Positions 50,790 through 61,644 of a DNA stretch of 64,000 bases are shown here, in pieces. Position 1 is the stretch's first letter; the number at the start of each line of letters is the position of its first letter. Under the pieces are notes generated by a model that ran no database searches, was not told where the DNA came from, and saw only the letters and a program-made list of their open reading frames with translations. Made by a program: the position numbers and the translations under genes. The stretch comes from Eledone cirrhosa (lineage: Eukaryota), in contig OZ024745.1 of the NCBI GenBank assembly GCA_964016885.1, positions 10,044,001 to 10,108,000 on the forward strand, given 5' to 3'.

Positions 50790-51132
50790 ATACGATATTA
50801 ACAAATGGAAACTATATTTATAAAACCATCTTTCAAGGACACCAAGTTAAATTATGGTGTGCTTTCATCAGATAAAATATAATATAGATCAGTTTTATAA
50901 ATAAATATTGACATACCCTTAAAGAATGCAACCATTACTGTTGGAAGCTCCCGGAGCTTCCAACAGTAATGGTTGCATTCTTTAAGGGTATGTCAATATT
51001 TATTTATAAAACTGATCTATATTATATTTTATCTGATGAAAGCACACCATAATTTAACTTGGTGTCCTTGAAAGATGTATAATGAAATAAATATGGTTTT
51101 ATAAATATAGTTTCCATTTGTTAATATCGTAT
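50790..51132. mobile_element. Palindromic Penelope pLTR-like element (125-bp perfect arms around 50952, plus outer arms)
   Basis: 50827-50951 is the reverse complement of 50953-51077; 50790-50829 pairs with ~51093-51132. Confidence 0.88.
51025..51089 (+). ncRNA. Minimal type I hammerhead ribozyme motif (stem III degenerate)
   Basis: TATTTTAT-CTGATGA-AAGCACACCA..TGGTGTCCTT-GAAA-GATGTA-TA-ATGAAATA. Confidence 0.7.
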
Positions 51133-51724
51133 TTTTACTCCAAATATTTGTTGAGTGCTTTATATCAGTTATAAAAATATTTGCTTGTTGTTATCCCAAC
51201 AATTTAAATAGAACTTTTACATATATATATATATATATAACATTCATTATAAATTAAATGGTAACAAGTTTTATGTTTAAAACATTAAATGTTACATTAG
51301 ATGTTGATTAATGTTGAGTGCAGATTTACTAGAAGATTCTTGTCATCATCATCATCAGATATGGTTAAATATTCTGTTGATGTCAAGAGTTTGACACCAG
51401 TGACAGCTGAGTGCACTCGAGTAATGTGAAATAAAGGACACAACACACTGCCCAGCACAGGAATCAAACTGACAACCTTAGGATTGTGCGCCCAACATTT
51501 TAACCACCAAAACCTATATTACTCAGGCAAATATAATAGTGGTTTCTGATTTAGACACAAGGCAACGATTTTAGTGGGAGAGGAAAGTCATTAAATCAAC
51601 CCAGTGTATTACTGGTACTTTATTAAATTGACCTCAGTAAGGATGACAAGCAAAGCTAACCTCAGTGGAATGTATAATACAAAAAATAAAACAATTGTGA
51701 AAGATGGAAGACCATAAAACTCAC

Positions 51725-51808
51725 CTCAATTTGTCTTGTTAGCTGTCTACACTTTCTATCTAGTCTCTGCTTCTCCAAGGTTTCCAGTTCTAACTTCTGT
51801 TCAAGTTC
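51725..51808 (-). CDS. CIT: Coding exon (ELEQKLELETLEKQRLDRKCRQLTRQIE)
   Basis: catgtag acceptor, gtgagg donor, 84 nt, phase 0-0. Confidence 0.78.
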
Positions 51809-52030
51809 CTACATGTAACAAACCAGAGTATTAGGAAAACTCAGTCTTCAGATATTATCTATACTGCAATATTATAAACTGTATTGTTGTTATAGCAATC
51901 TGACAGTAGCACAGGACTAAAAGGAAAAGAGACAATCATTAAAGTGGACCGAGGAAACCAGGTTTCCATTAGTCTTTCTTTCCACTATTGATACTATCTT
52001 GGAAGACAGGGCAGGATAGAACTCAGAACA

Positions 52031-52257
52031 CACAGGGCCAGACACCATGTCATGTGACCACAGGGCCAGATGTGATACCATGTGATGTGACCACAGGGCC
52101 AGATGAGATACCATGTGATGTGACCACAGGGCCAGATGATGAGATACCATGTGATGTGACCACAGGGCCAGATGAGATACCGTGTGATGTGACCACAGAG
52201 CCAGATGATGAGATACCATGTGATGTGACCACAGGGCCAGATGAGATACCACAGGGC
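52031..52257. repeat. 33/36-bp minisatellite
   Basis: Unit CCACAGGGCCAGATGAGATACCATGTGATGTGA. Confidence 0.9.
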
Positions 52258-52639
52258 TAGATGACCACAAAGGATCTCATGTGGCCCTCTTACAATTCTT
52301 TACAACACCAACACAGGTACTTTATCAACTCAGAAAGGATTAAAGTCAAAGTTGTCTTCAATAAATAAACAACATTGTTAAACCAATTTAAGGAACATAC
52401 AATAAATGTAATATAAGAATATATAAAACTATTTGGATATCTTTTTCTTTTATAGAAAGATATCAAATATAAACCTCCTGGTGTACTAAACTAATTACAG
52501 TTTAATTAGGGAAATATTTAATGATAAATACAACAATATTGAACAGATTGAAATGTGAAGTGGCTGAAAATATAAAGAATATATAAGTCAATGCAACATT
52601 GTAAAAAATACAGAAAACATAATATATAATACATGGGAT

Positions 52640-52840
52640 ATATAGTACATATATACATGGTCTAGTTAGTATATATACATGGTATAGTACATATATACAT
52701 GGTATAGTTAGTATATATACATGGTATAGTACATATATACATGGTATAGTTAGTATATATACATGGTATAGTACATATATACATGGTCTAGTTAGTATAT
52801 ATACATGGTATAGTACATATATACATGGTATAGTTAGTAT
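52640..52840. repeat. 20/24-bp AT-rich minisatellite
   Basis: Units of tagtacatatatacatggta. Confidence 0.85.
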
Positions 52841-54105
52841 AATGTTCAGCCAAGAATGACAGTAATATTACTGAAATAACATTACATATGATTCATTCAA
52901 TACATTAGATATAACAGTGGTGGGAGTGGAGTTCAATATAATACAGTGGTGGTAGTGGAGTTCAATATAATACAGTGGTGGGAGTGGAGTTCAATATAAT
53001 ACAGTGGTGGGAGTGGAGTAAAAACCAAGTCAATTGTTTTAATGACAAAATGCCAGATTATTATGTAACAATAGTAAAACATTATTTGGATAAAATAATA
53101 GTCCTGAGAAAGTTAACAGAAAAAACATACAATATATGGAAGGAATTCTTTATACATCATCACATTACCATTTTACGTCTAGTTTCCGTACTTCTATAGG
53201 TTAGACAGGTTGTCAAGTTAGACATGTTATCTGGCTGGACATGTCAAGTTCTATGGCTAGACATGTTGTCAGGTTCTGAGGCTAGACAGGCAGATTTATT
53301 TCTACAGATGGAGTACTTTATAATGCGAGCCACTTCAACATGTATTGGGTTTGTTGGTTTATGGCACCAGGACTACCACATGACAGAGTGGACTGGGTGC
53401 TTTGTGGCACTACCACTACCACATGACAGGGTGGACTGGGTACTTTGTAGCACCAGCACTACCACATGACAGGGTGGACTGGGTGCTTTCTTTGCACCAA
53501 CACTGCCACATGACAGGGTGGACTGGGTGCTTTATTTGCACCAACACTACCACTTTATAGAGTGGACAGGGTCCATTTTATCATGGCCCCATTAAATAAC
53601 TAAAATAAAACAACATAAAACAACCATTACATCAACTCTGTAATCATTGTTGTAATCATTGGTTACATTCTAATTAAGTTATAAAACTTCTAAATATAGA
53701 AGTAGAGTCAAGAATTGAGGAACCTAAAGGTTAAATTATTAAATATGGAAGTCTTAGCAGGAAGGAACTGTGGTTGACAGGCAGAAGTGTACTCAATACA
53801 AACAATGGGTACATGGAAGATAAAGTGGAATCTCAGGCAGGTAAATATAAACTAAACATGTACCAGATGCATAAAAGTTAGCAACAAGAACACTGAAAAA
53901 TAGAAGTCTTTCAACTGCCCTGAACAATTGATAGTCGATAGCTTATGTTACCTAGGTGTTCTAATCAGCAGTGGGGGTAACAGTGGTGAAAGTATACAGA
54001 GTGGAAAACATTCAGGGAACTGTGACTTGTTTTGGCAACAAAAGGCTTCACTTTCCAAATGATAGGGGCTTGTGTTTTTATTGGCAGCATGACCCTCTCA
54101 AAGTA

Positions 54106-54170
<65 letters not shown>

Positions 54171-54353
54171 CTAACAAGCTTGAAACTAGTACATCGTTCC
54201 TGTGTCAGTGTTGAACAAAAAGGTGACGTGGTTGCCTTAACACCGTACGGCATAAAAATTCAGGCTGTTCAGTTTGTTCACAAACGAACAAAGCGGCGTT
54301 ATAATAAGCGTCTGCTAAACTGATACGTGCATATATGTATGTGTACCTGTATG

Positions 54354-54405
<52 letters not shown>

Positions 54406-54687
54406 TGCTACTGTACGTCTGTATACATATATGTATGTACGTATACACACATACTTACATATATATATATATATATGTGAAAAAATGGGGAGAAGAATAC
54501 TGCAGGTTGCACATGGATAACATGTAATAAAATAAGTCCCTCATCAGTGATTTGCCGACGATCATAGATATTTCATTATATATATATAGAAATGTTAGCA
54601 ACTGATCCAAGGGAAATAACTTGGAAAATATACTCTCATTTATTAAGAATTAGTTCCCTTATAAACCTAAACAAATCAGAGAGAGAG

Positions 54688-54895
54688 TCATCATCATCAT
54701 CTTCGTTTAACGTCCATTTTCCACGCTAGCATGGGTTAAACGGGAGTTGTCCCACTTGAGGCAAGGTTGGTCGGGTGACCGTGTCTCGCTCGTATAGGAC
54801 TATCTGGCAGGCTTTCTACGGCTGGATGTCCTTCCTAACACCAACCACATTTACAGTGTGGAACTGGGAACTTTTTACCGTGTTACCTACACGGC
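54688..54895 (-). mobile_element. RTE-tail SINE-like unit
   Basis: Reverse complement of the family B tail, with (CAT)n. Confidence 0.8.
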
Positions 54896-56884
54896 TAGTG
54901 TAAAGTGTGTAGGAAAATGTGTTATGCTTTAGTTTGCACAACTGAAAAATTCATATTTTCAGAGGTAATAATAGAACGATTGAACAGTTCATATGCAAAT
55001 AACATTTATTGATATTTAGTCTAACAAATGATTTGAAATAATGGAGAAATTTTCAAGTTTGAGAATTGTTCAGGTGATGACACTTTAACATTTGTTCGTG
55101 AAGACCTCTGCTGTCCTTAGTTCCCACATTGCTGATTTCTTCTGTAAAACCAGAAAGACAACAGCCCACTAGAGGAAAGAGGACTCATGAGATGGGAAAT
55201 GGCCGTTGCAGTGGGTGTCTCTGGCTATTCTTTACAGTAATGCCTTTTTGTCTGCAGGGTGCAGCTGATGATGTCTCACCAGTCATTGAAGTTGTCTGTA
55301 AAAGTTCCTCATAGAGACTGTCCTTTTGTTCTTTACCTAGTCCTGTCGTGGAGCAGCGGTAGATGTAATTGTCACCAGTCTATTTCCTACAGCTATTCTA
55401 TACTTGATAATTCTGCCACTCTAACTACCCCTATCACCTTATCTACCCTCTTCTGAGATAGTAGGATGCCTACACCTCCTACGAATCGTCATTTCCTACA
55501 CAGTAGAGATTATATCTCTCTTGTTTGCCTGTAATTAGTCTCACAGAGGCACCTTTCCATCTCACTTCTAGTCTACAGCATACATCTACTTCTCTTCTCT
55601 CTAACAGTTCCACTTTTCAGGGTGGTAATCCTGAGATTTATACCTTGACTGATGCTGTTATTTCCTTGCGTAGAGGTTCTATGTACCTGAAAGAGAAAAA
55701 ATGCTGTGTGATTGCTTCATGATGGTCGAAGGCACACGGCTGCTCCAGCCTCCCCACCACCGTGCGTAACACTAACATGACTAGTGTTAGCCCTGTATGT
55801 TGAATATATCTCCGGATGATACACCACAGGCTCTTGTAGAAAGACGGATGTCAGTCAGTCATGTATGGATCTGTAACACTTCATGGAGTGATAGGGGCAC
55901 TGTAGTGACATACCATATCTCTTGGGCATTTAAAACCTGGTGAAGTGGAGCCCATCCCCTCGCCAGGTCTCAACACACTGATTTCTTCCAGAGAATGAGA
56001 GAGAGCAGTAGAGAGGAAGTGAAAAAGAGACATACAGGAAAAATTATCCTTGTTGATCTCAAAAGGATGAAAGGTAAAGTTGACCTCAGCTGGATTTGAA
56101 CTCAGAGTGCAGAGAGCTGGAACAAATACTGCAAAATATTCTGTCAGGCATTCTAATGACTCATGAAGGTATATGTGATATGTTTATGTATAACAGACAT
56201 ATATAAGTCTTACTATGACTGTTTTAAGCTGTGAACCTGTCATAGGTAATTAAGTAAGCCATATGAGAATGCCAGATATTAAGTGTTTCAGGATTTTTTA
56301 ATCCATCATCAGTGACACTTATTCAGTATTGAGACAAGAATAAACTGAACAAGTTTGCTAGTCAATGAGAAAGATTAAAACAAACATACCAAGTCAACTC
56401 CAGCTTTTGGCCAGCTTTATAGTCAATACTTAGAAGAAAAAGAACAAATGTTATCCATGCATTTCACAATTTCCCCATGTCATGTTTTCTGTACAAGAAG
56501 CTACGAGTTCTACTGGGTACTGTGGCAACTATACAAGAAATATTGAACAATAATCTCGCAGGATAAAAATAGAAAAATCCATACTTGCATATTTGTAGGG
56601 TCAGCAACATAAGAAATCAAATGAAAAGATAGATGTTAAATGATGATGATGATGATGGTGGTGGTGGTGATGATTCACTCAAACATCTTTAACTGACAAT
56701 GTAACACTTCCATACACCAAATAACTAGAAATCTAGTCGCACCAAATCTTAGATGAGTTTGCTTTAATCAATTTTCAGAAAACCTGCCAAACAAAGGGTC
56801 AGGAGGGTTCTTCAACTATATCAAAGACATGACAACATCCCTGGGGCCATAATAAAATGTACTTGACAGAGCACAGGATTGTAA

Positions 56885-57152
56885 GTAAGATGTAGTTCCC
56901 CTGGCATGTCTGAGCATTCAGTAGAGTACAAGGACATAAGATGTAGTTCCCATGGCCTGTCTGAGCATTTAGTAGAGTACAAGGATATAAGATGTAGGTC
57001 CCCTGGCCTGTCTGAGCATTCAGTAGAGTACAAGGACATAAGATGTAGTTCCCATGGCCTGTCCGAGAATTCAGTAGAGTACAAGGACATAAGATGTAGG
57101 TCCCCTAGCCTGTCTGAGCATTCAGTAGAGTACAAGGATATAAGATGTAGGC
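56885..57152. repeat. ~51-bp minisatellite, ~5 copies
   Basis: Unit taagatgtagttcccatggcctgtctgagcattcagtagagtacaaggaca. Confidence 0.9.
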
Positions 57153-57299
57153 CTCCTGTCGACCTGAGGTCAGTAACTCTACTTGAACACTAATCTGTGA
57201 CAGTCTGTTCAACCTTTGCTATAAAATGAATGAACAAACATTGTCTTCCATTTACATCAAATCCCCTCCAAATAACATAGCGCCTCCTTTTTATGCTAA

Positions 57300-57470
57300 T
57301 CTAAACAATAGAGGGTTGGACATGCTTTCCAGCATAGTTATGTCCCTTTACGATCTGAGTTCAAATCCCGCCAAGGTCAACTTTGCCTTTCATCCTTACG
57401 AGGTCGATAAAATAAAGTACCAGTAATGTACTGGGTATTTGCTGGCCTTGTGCCGAAAGTAGAAACAATT
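57300..57470 (+). mobile_element. tRNA-derived SINE family 1 (inverted copy at 58342-58525)
   Basis: B-box GAGTTCAAATCCC followed by gtcaactttgcctttcatccttacgaggtcgataaaataaagtaccag. Confidence 0.8.
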
Positions 57471-57643
57471 ATATTCCAATACACACAGTTACTATAAACA
57501 ATACTAATACTTGTAAAAACAATTTTAGCAGTAAATATTGATAAAAAAAGAACTGTGTCAATTTCCCTCCTGCTCTTACATTATGTTGAATTGTTAATTC
57601 TTTTGTGAACTTCATAAATATATGTCTCTAGGGCTTCATACAA

Positions 57644-57681
<38 letters not shown>

Positions 57682-58587
57682 AACAATCATCGTTTTTGTG
57701 TTTTAGAACAAACCAAAAAAAAAAAAATTTTATATTAATGAACAGAAATTTTTTTAGTCTATTATATTTTACTTAAATTTAAACTGTGCTCTTCACTCAG
57801 AGAGGTAGAGAAACCCTTTGTTGCTAGCAGAGATAAAAGCTCCCTGAACTTCTCTTACTTTGGCTACTATGCTTTCAGAATCCCTCAATCAATGCTAATT
57901 AGGTCACACAAGTAACAAAAGCTATCAACTACTTCTAGTGAGTTTTTCGAGCAGTTGAAAGAATATAATTCCCTTATATTTTTACTAACTACTCCTGTGC
58001 AGCAACATGTGAAATCTACTGTGGTTCCAGCACACCTCCTCTACATCCATATTGTGCACCAAGCACACAGTATGGAAGTTCTACTTATAATTTAACAAAT
58101 GACAATACAAGCTGAAACTTGAAATTTAAATATATTTGCATTTCGAAATTAAAAATCAAGTAAAACCTCTGTCCTCTGGCATTTATGTTTCACGAGAAAC
58201 AAAATATCCTGAAAATTACTGTAATGATAGAGATGTAAATATTAAAACAATTTCCACACAAAATATCTACATTTGGTGACCATTATAGTAAATCTGATTT
58301 AAATGAAAGATATTGCTACACTCCCACCAAATAATAATAATTGTTTCTACTTTTGGCACAAGGCCAGCAATTACCCAGTACATTACTGGTACTTTATTTT
58401 ATTGACCCCGTAAGGATGAAAGGCAAAGTTAACCTCAACGGGATTTGACTCAGTTCGTAAAGGGACATAACTGTGCTGCAAAGCATGACGTCTGACCCTC
58501 TACCGATACTGCCAATCCACCACCATAATAATGGTTTCTGGTTTAGCCAACAGGTTCTTTTAGGGGAGAGGGATGTCTATTAAATAT

Positions 58588-58772
58588 ATGTATAGGACCT
58601 ATACACATCATATGTATAGGTCCTATACATATATGTATAGGACCTATACACATCAAATGTATAGGACCTATACACATCAAATGTATAGGTCCTATACACA
58701 TCATATGTATAGGTCCTATACACATTATATGTATAGGACCTATACATATGTGTATAGGACCTATACACATCA
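58588..58772. repeat. ~24-bp palindromic minisatellite
   Basis: Units of TGTATAGG(A/T)CCTATACA. Confidence 0.9.
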
Positions 58773-58946
58773 CTGTAGCCTTCTAGTAAAATATGGTATT
58801 TTCTACATTTTACACAAGGCTTCGTGTAAACAACACCTTTGTACATTGATATTGTAGCGAACCCTTGATTTCTAATTCCTTTAATTACCAAATGTTGGGT
58901 CATCATTCCATTTTATCAGAGTTTAACTTTGTTTTTACATCAATTA

Positions 58947-58984
<38 letters not shown>

Positions 58985-58988
<4 letters not shown>

Positions 58989-59590
58989 GTGGTTACACAA
59001 CATTTAGTTCATCATACCGAGAACAATTGTTTCACCTTAGCGGATCCTCAGCTCTTAATGGACATGGTTATACGGAACAGGAAGGACAACCATACGAACG
59101 CGCATGCGCAGAAAGCAGTCACTTCACACAGGCAATACTAAAATGCGTGCGAGAGGTGTAAGGGAGATAACTGCGAAAGTCCGAAAAGTTTTAAGTTGAT
59201 AAAAAAATTATGATGTAATAATTCAATCCGGAGCTTTGTAGTTATGCAAGAGGTGTTTCGAGAAGTGTGGACGTGTGAAGAATTCATTTCTCGTTTTTAG
59301 GCAATCACTATTGCATAATCTCTTTAGAATATTTATATGTTCATCAATACATAGTCCACACGACGGATTTCCCCTTGCGTATGGCTTGGACTTAGTGATG
59401 GCTTTCCATTGAATGGAGTAGTCTATACTTGAGTCCTTGAGGGACCATACGTGGCTCGCGAGTTTCGTGGCTGAACGTCTGTCTGGGTACCTAAAGGTCG
59501 ACTGGTGGTTCAGGAAACGTTCCTTAAATCGGCCCTCCGCCATGCCCACATAGGATTTGACCTCCTGTGGTTGGTTTGGTCGGTTGGATA
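58985..59590 (-). mobile_element. 5'-truncated Penelope-like element (Neptune-type GIY-YIG endonuclease C-terminus plus pLTR) inserted in (TA)n
   Basis: KSYVGMAEGRFKERFLNHQSTFR...ATKLASHVWSLK...IQWKAI...PYARGNPSCGLCIDEH...RNEF is typical of PLE GIY-YIG domains. A hammerhead lies downstream of the stop. Confidence 0.85.
59019..59054 (-). ncRNA. Minimal type I hammerhead ribozyme in the PLE pLTR
   Basis: GAG-CTGAGGA-T-CC-GCTAA-GG-T-GAAA-CAATTG-TT-CTC, with a palindromic stem III. Confidence 0.72.
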
Positions 59591-60116
59591 TGTATATATA
59601 TAGTAGTTTAATAATAATTTTAAAAATAAAGAATTAGAGAAAACCTTCCCTAACTTCTTTTAGAGTTAAAAACAAATATTAAAATATTACATTGTGATGT
59701 GTTACAGAGAATATTTCCAAAGGAAGACATTAAACCAAAGTCCCACCAAATTGTTAAGCAGATGGAATTATAGAACCACATAAAATATAAGCAGGAAAGT
59801 TTGAATAAAACCAGTTAAAAAAAAGATTTGTGTTGCTTATAGTAAACACCAAATGCACTCATATAGGGTTCAAAGTTTAAAAGCAAAAGCAATACTAAAG
59901 GAGGATCTAAGCATCATGCTAGCAAGAGGAAAATTGATTGGAATAAAGAAAGCAGTGAGAAGTGTAGAGTTAAAGACGAGTAAATATTAGTGGAGATGTG
60001 CTACCATTGTAGACTAGGGTGAGTGAATAGATGCAGCTAGAATCTTAACTAATATTATTGCTCCATGTCTTCCAGAGCAGCCACATGACCTTAACGACAT
60101 GGCAGCATGCACTCAC

Positions 60117-60200
60117 CATAATCTTTTCTCGGCATAACTTGTCCCTTTTCCTAACATCAGTTTTTTCAGCTTTCAATCTTTCAATTTCAAGTTCTTTGTT
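60117..60200 (-). CDS. CIT: Coding exon (NKELEIERLKAEKTDVRKRDKLCREKIM)
   Basis: tttctcacag acceptor, gtgagt donor, 84 nt, phase 0-0. Confidence 0.78.
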
Positions 60201-60254
60201 CTGTGAGAAATCACATTGATTTTTATCAAGTCTATTTATTCACCATAAGAAACA

Positions 60255-60625
60255 CGATAAGAAAAGTAAAAGTGGCTGTTTAGAAAGTCGTACAATGTAG
60301 GTTAGAATTACCATGGTAACAAGTGAGAAGAGAATTGAGAGAGATGAGGTAGAAAGTAAAAAGGGGGAGGAGGAGGAAAATAAAAGAAATAACTGAAAGT
60401 TATCTTAATTTATTAATCCCCAAATATTTCAGATTTACACTAAGGTAACTTTTAATCATCCTTTTCTTTTATTTTTCCTCCTCCTCCTCCTACTTTCTAC
60501 CTCATCTCTCTCTCAATTCTATTTCGACATGTTACCTTGGTAACCCACTTGCACTGTATGGCTTTCTAAACACATACACCAACTTTTTACTTTCATATTC
60601 CACAATGCTTCAAGCAAACTATCAC
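60255..60625. mobile_element. Degenerate foldback/MITE-like element; related sequence at ~4915-5165
   Basis: Purine-rich left arm is the reverse complement of the pyrimidine-rich right arm (ttaccatggtaac...gaggtagaaagta / tactttctacctc...gttaccttggtaa). Confidence 0.65.
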
Positions 60626-61580
60626 ACCTTATTACCCATAAAGTATTTAATCATTGGAACACTAAATACTTTGTACTTCTCCGAGTTAATGCAACATTTA
60701 AACATCTAAATTATTTACAGAACTAAAACAGATGTATAAAAGATGTATACATATAAGTATTGCATTCTCTGACTCTAACAATGACTCAGCCAATTAACTG
60801 CTTTCAAATTAAAAGCTTCAGAGATACAAGACAAATCTATAAACAACACTAAAGAAAATTTATTGTAGAAAATTACTATTAACGAAAAAAAATTGAGAAT
60901 TTAAAGAAATTCTAATATTTTTGAAATTAATTATTGATAACTATTTTAGGCTTTCTTAACTATTGTGTGTGTGTGTGTTTGTAGCTACATTACATTGAGT
61001 TGGTAAAAGTAATGAAACTTAGAAAGGTTCTTAGTTGAAAGAACATGTGTCTAAAGAGAAATAGAGCAACTGAAAGCTCTCACAGAACTGATTGACACAC
61101 TGTAGGTCAATGTTCCCAGACTTCACTGAGTGGGGAGGAACTCAGCAAGTTGGACCAAGGAAACAATGATTACATTGATCTTTCCATTGCCCATACTATC
61201 TATTGATCACAACTCCTGGCAGCTGAAGCAACATGAAATAAAGAGTCTTGCTCAAGGACATAACAATTGTCCAGTCTGAGAATCAAACTCACAACCTCAT
61301 GATTACTAAAAGTATAGTAAAAGCCACACACTTTTACTATACTGAACATCAGTAGTTCTTAACCTTTTGTGCACCTCAATATCTCAAAAATTTATTAGGA
61401 CCCCACCCCACTCTTTGATATGAAAACAGTGATGATCAACAGGAAAGAGAAAACAAATTGGTGTGTATATCATCATCATCGTTTAACATCCATCTTCCAC
61501 ATTAGCATGGGTTAGACGGGTTTGTCCCATTTAGAGGCAAGTTGTGTTGGGTGACTGTCTCACTCATATAGGACTGTATG

Positions 61581-61644
<64 letters not shown>

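Noticed and set aside
54500-54550. Minus-strand CTGATGAGGGA hammerhead core
   Set aside because: No closing stem II or GAAA follows.
56390-56528. Candidate extra exon between AG and GT signals
   Set aside because: Stops occur in all three minus-strand frames.
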